Origin: an uncultured Candidatus Saccharibacteria bacterium
Lineage (GTDB): Bacteria > Patescibacteriota > Saccharimonadia > UBA4664 > CAZOQX01
Direction of reading: 5' to 3'
Assembly (NCBI GenBank): GCA_964582465.1
Contig: CAZOQX010000001.1
Coordinates: 17,256 to 81,255 of the forward strand
DNA: 64,000 bases
Shown here: in pieces, positions 52,991 through 62,988 of the stretch
Layout of the letters: every line of letters starts with the position of its first letter
Position numbering within the stretch: the stretch's first letter is position 1
Position numbers and translations under genes: made by a program
Notes under the pieces: generated by a model
Told to the model about the DNA's origin: nothing
Databases searched by the model: none
Seen by the model: only the letters and a program-made list of their open reading frames with translations

Positions 52991-53689
52991 ACTCGCCCCA
53001 TCATTGTAACCAAGGTCTAGCTCCAACCTTAACTTCAGCAGCTTAACCTCGTTTTCGAGTTCTTTGATGCGATATTCGCGACCAGCCATTTGAGCGGTTA
53101 AGCTTTGCAGTTCGCGGTTTGAGGCGGCGCTTGCTTCGACGATTTTTTCCAGCTCGCCATAGGCTCGGCGGATCTTTTCCTCTGTCAGCTTGCGTTCGGT
53201 CAAATCTCGGGCGACTTTCGCAAAGCCTAGCAATTGTCCGTTGTCGTATATGGCGGTGATGAGAACGTTAGCCCAGAAACGCTCGCCATTTTTACGGACG
53301 CGCCAATCTTCATCGCGAACGTGACCGTTGAGTTTAGCGAGCTCCAACTCACGCTGGGGCTTCTTGGCTTCAATGTCTTCTTCGGGGTAGAAAATTGAGA
53401 AGTGCCGGCCAATTACTTCATTGGCCATGTAGCCTTTAATATGCTCAGCGCCTTGATTCCACGACATAATATTTCCCTCTGGGTCGAGCATGAAGATGGC
53501 ATAGTCGGAAACAGCCTGGACAAGCAAACGATAAGCTTCGGCATGCAAAGCTTGTTTGCCCGTCGCGAGCTCGGGCTCTGGGTCGGCGGATTTTCGAGTC
53601 CGACTCTTCCCATCAGTAGCAGTTTCGGAGAAGTTTGTTCTGGGTTCTTCCACTGCCGTTAAACCTATCAAATTTCTAGTCTGACTCAC
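52976..53689 (-). CDS. PAS-domain protein with C-terminal coiled coil and no enzymatic output domain
   Basis: PAS core (ILDPEGNIMSWNQGAEHIKGYMANEVIGRHFSIFYPEED...). The C-terminus is heptad-like. Confidence 0.65.
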   Translation of the reverse strand: MSQTRNLIGLTAVEEPRTNFSETATDGKSRTRKSADPEPELATGKQALHAEAYRLLVQAVSDYAIFMLDPEGNIMSWNQGAEHIKGYMANEVIGRHFSIFYPEEDIEAKKPQRELELAKLNGHVRDEDWRVRKNGERFWANVLITAIYDNGQLLGFAKVARDLTERKLTEEKIRRAYGELEKIVEASAASNRELQSLTAQMAGREYRIKELENEVKLLKLRLELDLGYNDGASSEFA

Positions 53690-53828
53690 ACAGGAGGTGT
53701 CACAACTAAACCCTAAAATAACAGAAAGATTTTAGATTAACTCACGAATCAAAAAGCTTAGCTCTCGTGCTTGACTTGATTGCCTGGGGCCGTAAAGTTG
53801 AAATTAGTGGTAACTAAAGGAATTTATC

Positions 53829-54032
53829 ATGTGTTTAACTTGTGGCTGCATGCTACCTTACGACGATATGGGTGATCCGCGCAACGTGACGTTCAAGGAT
53901 ATTAAAGAGGCGGTAGAAACTCCCGATGGCGAGGGTCTAACCACAGACCAGGCTGTTCAAAATTTGATCAAAACTTGGAGCAAGGTCAAAGACGAAGATA
54001 AAAAGTTCCGGTCGAGTGACAAGGGAGCGTAG
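53829..54032 (+). CDS. Small Cys-motif protein (MCLTCGC...)
   Basis: AAGGA SD 9 nt upstream. 67 aa. Confidence 0.35.
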   Translation: MCLTCGCMLPYDDMGDPRNVTFKDIKEAVETPDGEGLTTDQAVQNLIKTWSKVKDEDKKFRSSDKGA

Positions 54033-54185
54033 ATGGTAGAGTGCTACATTTGTAAGCAATATATTAAACCCGAAGAGGGAGTATCGGTTATCACGAAGGG
54101 CACCGATAAATACGTTATTCACGAAAAATGTGATCGCCGGCGGGAAAAAACCTACCGACCGCTTGATCCGAAAACGGGGCACTAA
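54033..54185 (+). CDS. Small zinc-ribbon-like protein (50 aa; CYIC...HEKC)
   Basis: ATG lies immediately after the previous stop (TAGATG) with an AGGGAG SD. CxxC...HxxC pattern. Below the ORF-track size cut-off. Confidence 0.3.
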   Translation: MVECYICKQYIKPEEGVSVITKGTDKYVIHEKCDRRREKTYRPLDPKTGH

Positions 54186-54299
54186 TGCTGCGGCTACGCC
54201 CGCCATTCGGCGGGCCATTATTTTGGTTAAGGTTGCACCCGTAACCGGCGGTATGACAATCTAGTGAGAAGCGCAACTTGAGAACCCGGGAGGTGAGAA

Positions 54300-55787
54300 G
54301 TGATCGTTATGGTCGGGCTGGTTATGCTGCTGGCCGTGGCGGTCAGCGTGATGGTGGTGTTGTACCTCCGGCGAGGTATGGAGGTTCGCTTGCTACGGGC
54401 AGAGCTAGGGAAGGCTAAAACCGAAATCCGGAACCTACACCAGTTCGTGGTTATGAAGAACCGCCGGCTGGTGTACTGGATCAAGGAAGCCTTCCACGAC
54501 CCCCTGACGGGCGCGCCGAACCGACGCTATGTCAATCGCATTCTTCATGGCTGGCAGTACCGCCAGAGCATAGGGCGGGGGCTTGCAATCTTTTTGCTAG
54601 ACCTCGACCACTTCAAGCCCATTAACGACATTCTGGGTTATGAAGCGGGCGATGAAGCGCTCGAGTCCTTGGTGACCCTGCTCGAAAAACATGTTAAAAC
54701 CCGCGGTGGATTTTTCGCGCGGCTGGGTGGCGACGAGTTCCTTGTTTTGTACTCGGACGTGACCAAGCCGCAAGCCGGAGCGCTGGGGCGATCTTTAAGC
54801 GAAGCTTTTGCCGAGCTGCTGAGGATCGTCAGTACTCATCTGATGTTGCTTGCAAGTATCGGCGGGGATTGGACTGGTGAACGGAACTTTGACCCTAGAC
54901 AAATGATGTCGCATGCCGACTCAGCCCTGAAGAAGTTGGCCAAATCAAGCCCAATGAAGCCGGGTTTTGCCATGTGGTCTCCGGAGATTGAGGTAGAACT
55001 GCAGCGGCGTCGCAATCACAATCACCAGTTTTGGCGGATGATCCAGGAAAAGGAGTACGAGCTGGCGTTTATGCCGATTGTTGAGCTGGCTACCGGCCAA
55101 ATAACGTCCGCGGAAGTCACGGTGAGGTCAGGTAATGGTGAGGGCGATCTGAGTCAGCTCTATGGGGATGATGATGAGGCTGCGGCTCATTTGCAACAGC
55201 TGTTTCGCAGCGTTATCGATGTAGCTTTCCCTGTGCTGGCTAGAGTTAACGAAGGGCGTGACCGGCCGATTGTTCTATCGGTCAATATCATTCCCGCCCA
55301 GTTGCTCGCGGCCGCAATAACACTCAGGCACCTGCGTCGGATGGCTACCAAACACGGGGTTGATCTCCGCTGGCTTGCCGTCGAGCTGATCGAATGGCAG
55401 CCAGTGAAAGATTACGGCAAGGCGAAGGAAGGCGTCAGACGCTTTCAGGAGGAAGGGGTCGCCGTCTACATTGACGACCAGCGTCACGACTTGCCCTCAC
55501 TGCTGAAGGCTCAACTGGGCGCCGACGCCATTAAGATTGACAAGTTCCTGATCCACCTCCTCGGCCATAGCCGGGAGGCCTACCGAAACGCTCTTACGCA
55601 GACCTACACGGCTCTCAACGAGGGGCAGCAAGTCATCGCCGAGGGCGTCGAAACGGTGGAACAGTTGCGACAGGTTCGCCGCATGGGCTGCACCCACGTG
55701 CAGGGCTATCTTGTTTCACGACCGCTTCTGGCGGGAGCCTTCGAGGACCTCCTCCGCGAGACTTCACGCCTCGATCTGCCAGCCTAG
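54300..55787 (+). CDS. GGDEF-EAL domain protein (diguanylate cyclase/phosphodiesterase) with N-terminal TM
   Basis: GGDEF domain: DPLTGAPNRRY...RLGGDEF (intact GGDEF motif). C-terminal EAL-like domain: ELAFMPIV..., YIDDQ..., VIAEGVETVEQL, QGYLVSRP, with the EAL signature degenerate (ELA). Confidence 0.85.
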   Translation: MIVMVGLVMLLAVAVSVMVVLYLRRGMEVRLLRAELGKAKTEIRNLHQFVVMKNRRLVYWIKEAFHDPLTGAPNRRYVNRILHGWQYRQSIGRGLAIFLLDLDHFKPINDILGYEAGDEALESLVTLLEKHVKTRGGFFARLGGDEFLVLYSDVTKPQAGALGRSLSEAFAELLRIVSTHLMLLASIGGDWTGERNFDPRQMMSHADSALKKLAKSSPMKPGFAMWSPEIEVELQRRRNHNHQFWRMIQEKEYELAFMPIVELATGQITSAEVTVRSGNGEGDLSQLYGDDDEAAAHLQQLFRSVIDVAFPVLARVNEGRDRPIVLSVNIIPAQLLAAAITLRHLRRMATKHGVDLRWLAVELIEWQPVKDYGKAKEGVRRFQEEGVAVYIDDQRHDLPSLLKAQLGADAIKIDKFLIHLLGHSREAYRNALTQTYTALNEGQQVIAEGVETVEQLRQVRRMGCTHVQGYLVSRPLLAGAFEDLLRETSRLDLPA

Positions 55788-55936
55788 CTGCCGCCTTTCT
55801 TTAAGGAAGGTAGCGGCTAGGCTCTCCTGAGACTTGGATTAATAATCGAAATTTCAGGAGATGGTGCTTACGCTGTTAATCTGCCTATAGAAATTACTTG
55901 GCTGCCTAGCTAATTTAGCGGGTAGGAGAACTTTTC

Positions 55937-56095
55937 ATGTCTAAATACAGCAAAAAAGCTCAAGAGAAAGTCGGAAAAGCTCTGCACGAGCACAAGCACG
56001 ACGATAAATATGAGAGTCGAGAGCAAGCCGTTGCGGCCGGCCTAAATCAGGCTCGCCGCGCCGGAGCTAAAGTGCCAAAGAAGAAGGGCAAGTAA
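55937..56095 (+). CDS. Small basic protein (52 aa) translationally coupled to ku
   Basis: AGGAGAA SD 6 nt upstream. MSKYSKKAQEKVGKALHEHKHDDKYESREQAVAAGLNQARRAGAKVPKKKGK. The stop TAA overlaps the ku ATG (TAATG). Confidence 0.4.
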   Translation: MSKYSKKAQEKVGKALHEHKHDDKYESREQAVAAGLNQARRAGAKVPKKKGK

Positions 56096-56940
56096 TGCGC
56101 TCCATCTGGACAGGCTCCGTCAGCTTCGGGCTCGTTAATATCCCAGTGCGGCTTTATAGCGCCACGAGTGGCACAGGCCTCGATTTTTCTTTGCTGCACA
56201 AAAAGGATTTGAGTCCTATCAAGTATTCGCGGGTTTGTCAGAATGAAGGCAAGGAAGTGCCTTATGTCGATATTGTAAAGGGCTACGAGTACCAAAAGGG
56301 CGAGTATGTCGTAATTGACGATGCGGACTTTGAGCGCGCTAGCGCCAAGAAAACGCGCACGATCGACATTACTGAATTTGTCCAGGAAGAGGAGATCGAC
56401 CCGCTTTACTACGAAAAGCCGTACTTCCTGGAGCCAGAAAAGGGGGCGGCTAAATCCTACGCGCTTTTGCGCGAGGCGCTTGGTCAGTCGCACAAGGTCG
56501 CAATTGCTAAATTTGTATTGCGCAATCGAGAGCACTTGGCGCTAATCAAGCCCGAAGGCCAGGTGCTGGCGCTAGTGCAGATGCGTTTTCAAAGTGAACT
56601 GCGCACGCCATCTGGCTTGAACTTGCCCGCTCGTGACGAGGCGAAGGGGCGCGAGGTGCAGATGGCGCTGGCCCTAATCGATCAATTAACGGAAAACTTT
56701 AGCCCCGAGGACTACCATGATACTTATACTGAGGAGCTTGAGAAGGTGATCGAGGCTAAACTTGCGGGCAAACAACCGGCCAAGCTGGGGCAGGCACCCC
56801 GCCCGGTCCAGGTGGGTGATTTAATGGCCGCGCTCAAGGCTTCACTCGAACAGGAAGTTACGCGCACACCGAAGCGAGAATTAGTTTTCCGCGAAAAAGT
56901 TGAGCCTAAGAAGCAAAAACCAAACCGCCGTAAATCTTAA
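56095..56940 (+). CDS. ku: Ku protein (NHEJ DNA end-binding)
   Basis: MRSIWTGSVSFGLVNIPVRLYSAT is the canonical bacterial Ku N-terminus. Basic C-terminal tail. Confidence 0.9.
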   Translation: MRSIWTGSVSFGLVNIPVRLYSATSGTGLDFSLLHKKDLSPIKYSRVCQNEGKEVPYVDIVKGYEYQKGEYVVIDDADFERASAKKTRTIDITEFVQEEEIDPLYYEKPYFLEPEKGAAKSYALLREALGQSHKVAIAKFVLRNREHLALIKPEGQVLALVQMRFQSELRTPSGLNLPARDEAKGREVQMALALIDQLTENFSPEDYHDTYTEELEKVIEAKLAGKQPAKLGQAPRPVQVGDLMAALKASLEQEVTRTPKRELVFREKVEPKKQKPNRRKS

Positions 56941-56965
56941 GCAGCTTATTGCTATAATACTTGTT

Positions 56966-57421
56966 ATGGAACAAAGCGAATGCACCTTTTGCGCCCTGCA
57001 ATACCAATCCGATAATCCAGATATAGTATTTGAGGATGACCGAATAATCGTGGTGCTCGATCCCGATTGGGTAGTCAAGGGCCACACGCTAGTGATTTGG
57101 AAAAAACATTACGAAACCGCCTCGGAACTGCCCCAGGACGACTTTCGCTACTTTGCCGATATGCTCTACCGAACTGAGAAGGCGGTTATGCGTATAGCTG
57201 GAGGAAAGAAGGCAGTAATTCTAGAAAGCGGTATTCTCATCCCTCATTTTCACATGCACGTTTACCCCATTCAGGATAGTCTAATGGGTGTGGACATGAG
57301 CCAATATTTGATTGGCCTTATCAATAAGGCGTTTAAATACGAGCCCAAAGTGGGCGAGCGCGACTTGTTAGTTTACCAGCTGCGCTCAGCGCTTTCACCA
57401 AAGCCCTACGGTTCTAATTAA
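56966..57421 (+). CDS. HIT-family (histidine triad) nucleotide hydrolase/transferase
   Basis: Zn-finger-like CTFCAL and a HIT motif HFHMHVYP. Start taken at MEQSECTFC. The ORF track offers 56900, which overlaps ku. Confidence 0.7.
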   Translation: MEQSECTFCALQYQSDNPDIVFEDDRIIVVLDPDWVVKGHTLVIWKKHYETASELPQDDFRYFADMLYRTEKAVMRIAGGKKAVILESGILIPHFHMHVYPIQDSLMGVDMSQYLIGLINKAFKYEPKVGERDLLVYQLRSALSPKPYGSN

Positions 57422-57473
57422 TTTGGCGACTTCGCCATTGCGAGGTGTCTCAAACCCGTGGCATGCTTGAGTC

Positions 57474-59978
57474 ATGCCGCTAGAAAAATACCAGTCGAAG
57501 CGTTATTTCGGTCGTACGCCTGAGCCAGCTGGTGGGCAGGCGCAGGGTCGAGGACAGTTGCGGTTTGTAGTGCAGAAGCACCAGGCTTCTAGATTACACT
57601 ATGATTTTAGGTTGGAGGCGGGGGGAGTCTTAAAAAGCTGGGCTGTGCCCAAGGGGCCTTCATTAAACCCGGCCGACAAGCACCTCGCCATGATGGTTGA
57701 AGACCACCCTCTTGACTATAAAGATTTTGAAGGTGTGATTCCAAAAGGTAACTATGGCGCTGGCACCGTGATGATCTGGGACGAAGGTACATTTGAAGCG
57801 CTAGAGGCGAAAAGCCGACCCGAAAGTGAGCGGGCGATTCTGAACGGGATTAAGAAGGGTCACATAACTTTTATCTTGAATGGCCAGAAGCTGAAGAATG
57901 AGTTCGCTCTGGTGAAAATTAAGAATGCTAAAGAAGAAAATGCTTGGCTGTTAGTAAAAAAAGATGATCAATCTGCTTCAAGGAGCGACATAACCAAAAA
58001 AGATCGGTCGGCCCGGACCGGCCGCACCATGGAGGAGATCAGCCAATCAGCCAACAAATGGCTACGAGAGCCCCAAGTGCCAGATCTAAGCGATGCACCC
58101 AAGAGCAAAATGCCGCACCTGGTTAAGCCCATGCTCGCGAAGCTTGTGGCAGCACCGTTCGACCGAGAGGACTGGTGGTTTGAGATCAAATGGGACGGCT
58201 ACCGCGCCGTAGCTGAGGTTGACCATGGTCAGGTTGAACTTTACTCGCGCAATCACCTGTCGTTTAATGCCAAGTTTCCCACGGTTGCAACTGAGCTAGC
58301 CAGCTTAAAGCTGCAAACCGTTTTGGATGGTGAGGTAGTGGTGGTTGATGAGTCCGGCCGACCTGATTTTCAGTTGCTTCAGAACTTTTTGCGTGGCGCC
58401 GGTGGGCGGCTGGTTTATTATGTTTTCGATATCTTGTATTTGGAGGGCCACGACTTGCGTAGTTTGCCGCTTTGGCGCAGGCGCCAAATTCTTCAGGCCG
58501 TTTTGCCGCCCGAGCTGGAAATGGTTAAGGCGAGCGACAATGTTTATGAGCGCGGAACGGAGTTCTTTCAGGTCGCTATCGCCAAAAATCTGGAGGGTGT
58601 TATAGCCAAGGACGTCAATTCGCCTTATCGAGAAGGCAGGCGGTCGGGTGAATGGCTCAAAATTAAGGCGCACGCGAGACAAGAAGCGATCATCGTCGGG
58701 TTCACCGAACCCAGAGGCGGCCGCAAATATTTCGGAGCATTGGTCTTGGGTGTCTACAGTCATGGTGAGCTGGTTTACATTGGTCATACTGGTTCGGGAT
58801 TTAGTGAGCAGTTCTTGGCCGAGCTCTACCAAAAACTAAAGAGTATTGAACAAGAAAAGTCGCCGTTTAAGATCCGGCCTAAAACCAATGCGCCGGTCCA
58901 CTGGGTGAAACCAAAGCTGGTTTGCGAAATTAGCTTTGCGGAATGGACCGACGAGGGGCAGATGCGTCAACCGATTTTCGTTGGGTTGCGGGAAGATAAG
59001 GCGGCTACTAAGGTTAGGCGCGAATTACCCAAGACCGAGCCGGTGTTTCGAGAAACCCTGGAAAGCCCAAGCGAACTTATTATCTCGGGGCGCAAGGTAA
59101 GACTCACCCACCTGGATAAGGTTTATTGGACCGATGAAGGTTACACGAAGGGGGACTTGATTAACTACTATCGGCAGGTGGCCGATTACATTTTGCCATA
59201 CTTGAAAGATCGGCCGGAGTCGTTGCACCGCCACCCCAACGGCATAAAGGGGGATAGCTTTTTTCAGAAGGACATGGCCGATCAGGCGCCAGAGTGGGTG
59301 AAGACTGAGCTGATGCATTCGCAGAGTGAGGAGCGCGATGTTAATTATTTGGTCTGCCAAGATGAGGCTACGCTTGTCTACATGGCGAATCTTGGTTGCA
59401 TCGAAATTAACCCCTGGCTAAGCCGACTGGACAATTTGGATAAACCCGATTTTTGCGTGATCGACCTCGATCCTGAGGGCATTGATTTTAAAGCGGTGGT
59501 CGAAGTCGCCCAAGCAGTTCATACATTGCTCGAGCAAGCGAAGATTGAAAATTACTGCAAGACTTCCGGCGCCACTGGCCTACATATCTTCGTCCCGCTC
59601 GGTGCTAAATATTCCTACGATCAATCAAAACAGTTCGCGCAGATTATTGCCACGTTGGTTAACCGGCGTCTGCCGAAAATTACTAGTATCGAACGCATGC
59701 CAGCGAAGCGCCAGAAGCGGGTCTATTTAGATTATTTGCAAAATCGGGTCGGGCAAACTTTGGCATCGGTTTACTCAGTCAGGCCTAGACCTGGCGCGCC
59801 GGTTTCGACCCCTCTTAAGTGGGAAGAGGTAAATAATAAATTGGATGTGACGGCTTTCAATATTAAAACTATTGCGCCTCGCCTGAAGAAGGTCGGAGAC
59901 TTGTGGCGGCCGGTAGCCTCAGGCGACGGGGTTAACCTTAAGCAGGCCTTGGCCCAGCTCGCCAAACTGGAGGATTAG
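57474..59978 (+). CDS. ligD: Multidomain ATP-dependent DNA ligase LigD (3'-phosphoesterase - ligase - polymerase/primase)
   Basis: N-terminal PE domain (LRFVVQKHQASRLHYDFRLE). Ligase motif I KWDGYR with upstream PMLAKL. C-terminal LigD-Pol/primase domain. Pseudomonas-type domain order. Confidence 0.9.
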   Translation: MPLEKYQSKRYFGRTPEPAGGQAQGRGQLRFVVQKHQASRLHYDFRLEAGGVLKSWAVPKGPSLNPADKHLAMMVEDHPLDYKDFEGVIPKGNYGAGTVMIWDEGTFEALEAKSRPESERAILNGIKKGHITFILNGQKLKNEFALVKIKNAKEENAWLLVKKDDQSASRSDITKKDRSARTGRTMEEISQSANKWLREPQVPDLSDAPKSKMPHLVKPMLAKLVAAPFDREDWWFEIKWDGYRAVAEVDHGQVELYSRNHLSFNAKFPTVATELASLKLQTVLDGEVVVVDESGRPDFQLLQNFLRGAGGRLVYYVFDILYLEGHDLRSLPLWRRRQILQAVLPPELEMVKASDNVYERGTEFFQVAIAKNLEGVIAKDVNSPYREGRRSGEWLKIKAHARQEAIIVGFTEPRGGRKYFGALVLGVYSHGELVYIGHTGSGFSEQFLAELYQKLKSIEQEKSPFKIRPKTNAPVHWVKPKLVCEISFAEWTDEGQMRQPIFVGLREDKAATKVRRELPKTEPVFRETLESPSELIISGRKVRLTHLDKVYWTDEGYTKGDLINYYRQVADYILPYLKDRPESLHRHPNGIKGDSFFQKDMADQAPEWVKTELMHSQSEERDVNYLVCQDEATLVYMANLGCIEINPWLSRLDNLDKPDFCVIDLDPEGIDFKAVVEVAQAVHTLLEQAKIENYCKTSGATGLHIFVPLGAKYSYDQSKQFAQIIATLVNRRLPKITSIERMPAKRQKRVYLDYLQNRVGQTLASVYSVRPRPGAPVSTPLKWEEVNNKLDVTAFNIKTIAPRLKKVGDLWRPVASGDGVNLKQALAQLAKLED

Positions 59979-61336
59979 AGGAAAGAAGTAATTAGAGCAA
60001 TGGCAAAAACTGCCATGACGCCAAAGGCAATCCACAGCAAAATTTTTGATAGCCGACTGCTTGAGTGCTCACCCATGACATCGGTGCGGCTGGAGACTCG
60101 TGTGATCAGGTAGATAAGAGGAACGGCGGCCACACCATTAAAGACGGCCGTCAAAACCAGGGCCTTAATTGGGTCAAGGCCAACAAAATTGAACAATAAT
60201 CCTGCTAGTGTGCCCAAAATGATGATGAAGTAAAATCCACGGGCTTGCTTAAACTTACGAAACAGTCCCTCGCGCCAGCTAAAGGTCTCGGCGATGGCAT
60301 AAGAGGATGAGCCGGCGAGTACAGGTACGGCCTGTAGTCCGATGCCCACAACGCCTACGGCAAAGATGAGCTTAGCCAAGTAGCCGGCGTTGGGGAAGCT
60401 ATGTACCAGCGGTTCGAGAGCTCGAGCAGCATCGGCGGCGGAATTAATGTTAGTGATTCCGTGCGCGCCCAAGACGACCGCACCAACTACGATGATGAAC
60501 CAGGCTGTGACGTTGGAAAAAATCATGCCGACAGCATTATCAATTCGCAATTTTCTTAAATATGGCTTGGTCAGTTTCGGCACGCCGCCGCGCTCGGGGA
60601 GACGGTGCTCGGCGATTTCATCCTCGACGACGTTGCTGGTTTCCCAGAAGAATAGGTAAGGTGAAATGGTGGTACCGAAGATGGCGACTATTATGTACAG
60701 AAAACTCTTGTTCAGTTCGATGTGTGGCACGAACGTCGACTTAAGGGCCTGGCCCCACGGCACCTGGACCAATAGGGCGGTGATCAGATAGGAGAAGAGC
60801 GCCATAGCCAGCCATTTCAGGACACGCACATAGGCTCGGTAGGATACCAGGACCTCCAGCACTAGGATTAACACGGCGAAGCTCACCGCGAGCACTGGGA
60901 AGCTGAGTTGAGGCAGTACGAGGTGGGCGCTTGCGGCCATGGCGCCGATGTCTGAGCCGATATTAAATGTGTTTGCTGCTATTACTAGCAACACTACCAA
61001 GTACAGAACTTTTTTGGAATAATTCTCGCGAACAATGGCGGCTAGACCCTTACCCGTGACGGCGCCGATGCGCATGCAGGCTTCTTGTACGGCCGTCATG
61101 AGGGGCAGGGTAAACAGCATGGTCCAGGGCATGTGGAAACCGAATTGAGCCCCGGCCTGAGAATAGGTGGCGATACCCGAGGGGTCGTCGTCGGCTGCCC
61201 CCGTGATCACACCTGGTCCAAGAATGCGCAAAAAGCGTCCGAAGCCGCGATGCTTTGGTAGGCGGGGAAAGGCGGACCGAAACCTCGTAACCTCTCGCTC
61301 AGCTTCAGTAATAAGCTCGTCAGGGAGTTTTACCAT
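59975..61336 (-). CDS. mntH: Nramp-family divalent metal (Mn2+/Fe2+) transporter
   Basis: GPGVITGAADDDPSGIATYSQAGAQFGF is the Nramp signature. About 11 TM. Start taken at the ATG (MVKLPDE). The ORF track extends to a TTG at 61429. Confidence 0.85.
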   Translation of the reverse strand: MVKLPDELITEAEREVTRFRSAFPRLPKHRGFGRFLRILGPGVITGAADDDPSGIATYSQAGAQFGFHMPWTMLFTLPLMTAVQEACMRIGAVTGKGLAAIVRENYSKKVLYLVVLLVIAANTFNIGSDIGAMAASAHLVLPQLSFPVLAVSFAVLILVLEVLVSYRAYVRVLKWLAMALFSYLITALLVQVPWGQALKSTFVPHIELNKSFLYIIVAIFGTTISPYLFFWETSNVVEDEIAEHRLPERGGVPKLTKPYLRKLRIDNAVGMIFSNVTAWFIIVVGAVVLGAHGITNINSAADAARALEPLVHSFPNAGYLAKLIFAVGVVGIGLQAVPVLAGSSSYAIAETFSWREGLFRKFKQARGFYFIIILGTLAGLLFNFVGLDPIKALVLTAVFNGVAAVPLIYLITRVSSRTDVMGEHSSSRLSKILLWIAFGVMAVFAIALITSFL

Positions 61337-61592
61337 TACGCTTATGCTAAAGGCTTTATGAGTGCAAAGCAAGTGAACCAGCTCAGTACAAAAATTATGG
61401 AAGAGTGCGCTGCAATGTATAAATGCCAAATCGGCGTTCTCATTGGCGTGATTTCATTTGTCGTGATGTTGTTTGTACCCGAGATTCCTCTGCGCGATTC
61501 TCACGAAACTCCTCCGGCAGCTCAGTAAAGTTCGGAGACTATTGGCCAAAGGCCGATTGACCGCTGGGCTTTGGCGTGACTAAAATGGCGGA

Positions 61593-62924
61593 ATGAGCAA
61601 TGCCAACTTCGGACTGAACCTTGCTGAGCTCGCCAGCCAACTGCCCAAAATCCTACAGGCTGATCTTGGTGCGTTATTTGGCCGTAAGGAGCTGCAGGAG
61701 GTGCCCCTAGGCACTTTTGAATTCGAAGCCTACCGTGAAATTCTGCCAGCCAAGCTTTATAACGAGGTCGTGAAACTATCTAAACCTCTGGCTGGTGCCG
61801 AGGTCGTAATGCTAAACGCCACTCCTTACGGTGGGGGAGTCGCCGAAATTTTTAAAAGTATGATCCCTCTAATGCGTTCGCTCGGTATTAAGGTACATTG
61901 GCACGTTATGCCAGCCAGTGACGACTTCTTTGAAGTTACTAAGAATTTTCACAATGCGCTACAGGGTGCCGACTACGAACTAGGGGAGACTGCTAAGGCG
62001 TTGTATCTCGGTCATAACCAGCGCACAGCCACTTTGCTTAGGAAGATCTCCGCTGATGTTTACGAAATTCACGATCCGCAACCTGCAGCCGTGGGAGAAT
62101 TTGCCGAGTTTAAGAACACCATTTGGCGTTGTCATATTGATACTTCCACTCCCAACCGAGCCGTGTGGGATTTTGTGCGGCCCTTTATTGAGCATTACGA
62201 TCAGTTGATTTTTACTATGCCCGAATTTGCACATAACGACTTGCCCAAGCAGAAGCTGAACTTTATCGCTCCGACCATTGATGCCTTTAGCGTGAAAAAT
62301 CGACCGCTCGGGCGCGAATTTGCTGTTGCCATGATGCAAGCTTTGGGAATCGATAGCGAGCGACCGCTCGTCACACAAGTATCGCGTTTTGACCCGTGGA
62401 AGGATCCCAAAGGAGTCATTGATGCTTACCGCTTGGCTAAGAAGAAGGTACCGAAACTACAGCTCGCGCTGGTAGGATCAATGGCAAGCGATGACCCTGA
62501 GGGGCAGGTGATTTATCAGGAAGTTGAAGATTATGCAGCCGGCGATCCTGACATTTTTCTGTATACTAATTTGACTGGCGTGGGCGAAGTGGAGGTGAAT
62601 GCTTTCCAGACTTTTTCCGAGGTGTTGCTACAAAAATCAACTCGCGAAGGTTTTGGCTTGACAGTGACAGAGGGCCTATGGAAGGGGCATCCTGTTATCG
62701 GCGGTAACGTTGGCGGCATCAAGTTGCAGATTCGGGATGGCAAAACTGGCTACTTGGTCAATTCGGTGGAGGAGTGTGCTGACCGCATCGTCGAGCTGGT
62801 TAAATCGCCAGCTAAGAGCGTAAAGATGGGAGAGGCAGCTCACGAGTATGTGCGGACGCATTTTCTGCACCCACGATTAATTCGAGATCATCTAAGGCTT
62901 TATCACAAGTTACTCAAAGTTTAA
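61593..62924 (+). CDS. GT4-family glycosyltransferase, trehalose glycosyltransferring synthase (TreT)-like
   Basis: The C-terminal EGFGLTVTEGLWKGHPVIGGNVGGI resembles the TreT/GT4 region EGFGL.V.EAMWKGKPVIGG. A long N-terminal acceptor domain. Confidence 0.6.
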   Translation: MSNANFGLNLAELASQLPKILQADLGALFGRKELQEVPLGTFEFEAYREILPAKLYNEVVKLSKPLAGAEVVMLNATPYGGGVAEIFKSMIPLMRSLGIKVHWHVMPASDDFFEVTKNFHNALQGADYELGETAKALYLGHNQRTATLLRKISADVYEIHDPQPAAVGEFAEFKNTIWRCHIDTSTPNRAVWDFVRPFIEHYDQLIFTMPEFAHNDLPKQKLNFIAPTIDAFSVKNRPLGREFAVAMMQALGIDSERPLVTQVSRFDPWKDPKGVIDAYRLAKKKVPKLQLALVGSMASDDPEGQVIYQEVEDYAAGDPDIFLYTNLTGVGEVEVNAFQTFSEVLLQKSTREGFGLTVTEGLWKGHPVIGGNVGGIKLQIRDGKTGYLVNSVEECADRIVELVKSPAKSVKMGEAAHEYVRTHFLHPRLIRDHLRLYHKLLKV

Positions 62925-62988
62925 AAGGGTGCGGGCCCGGTAACCGAGGTGGTCACCGGGCCCGCGCGGCACGGAGAGGGGGAGGGTC

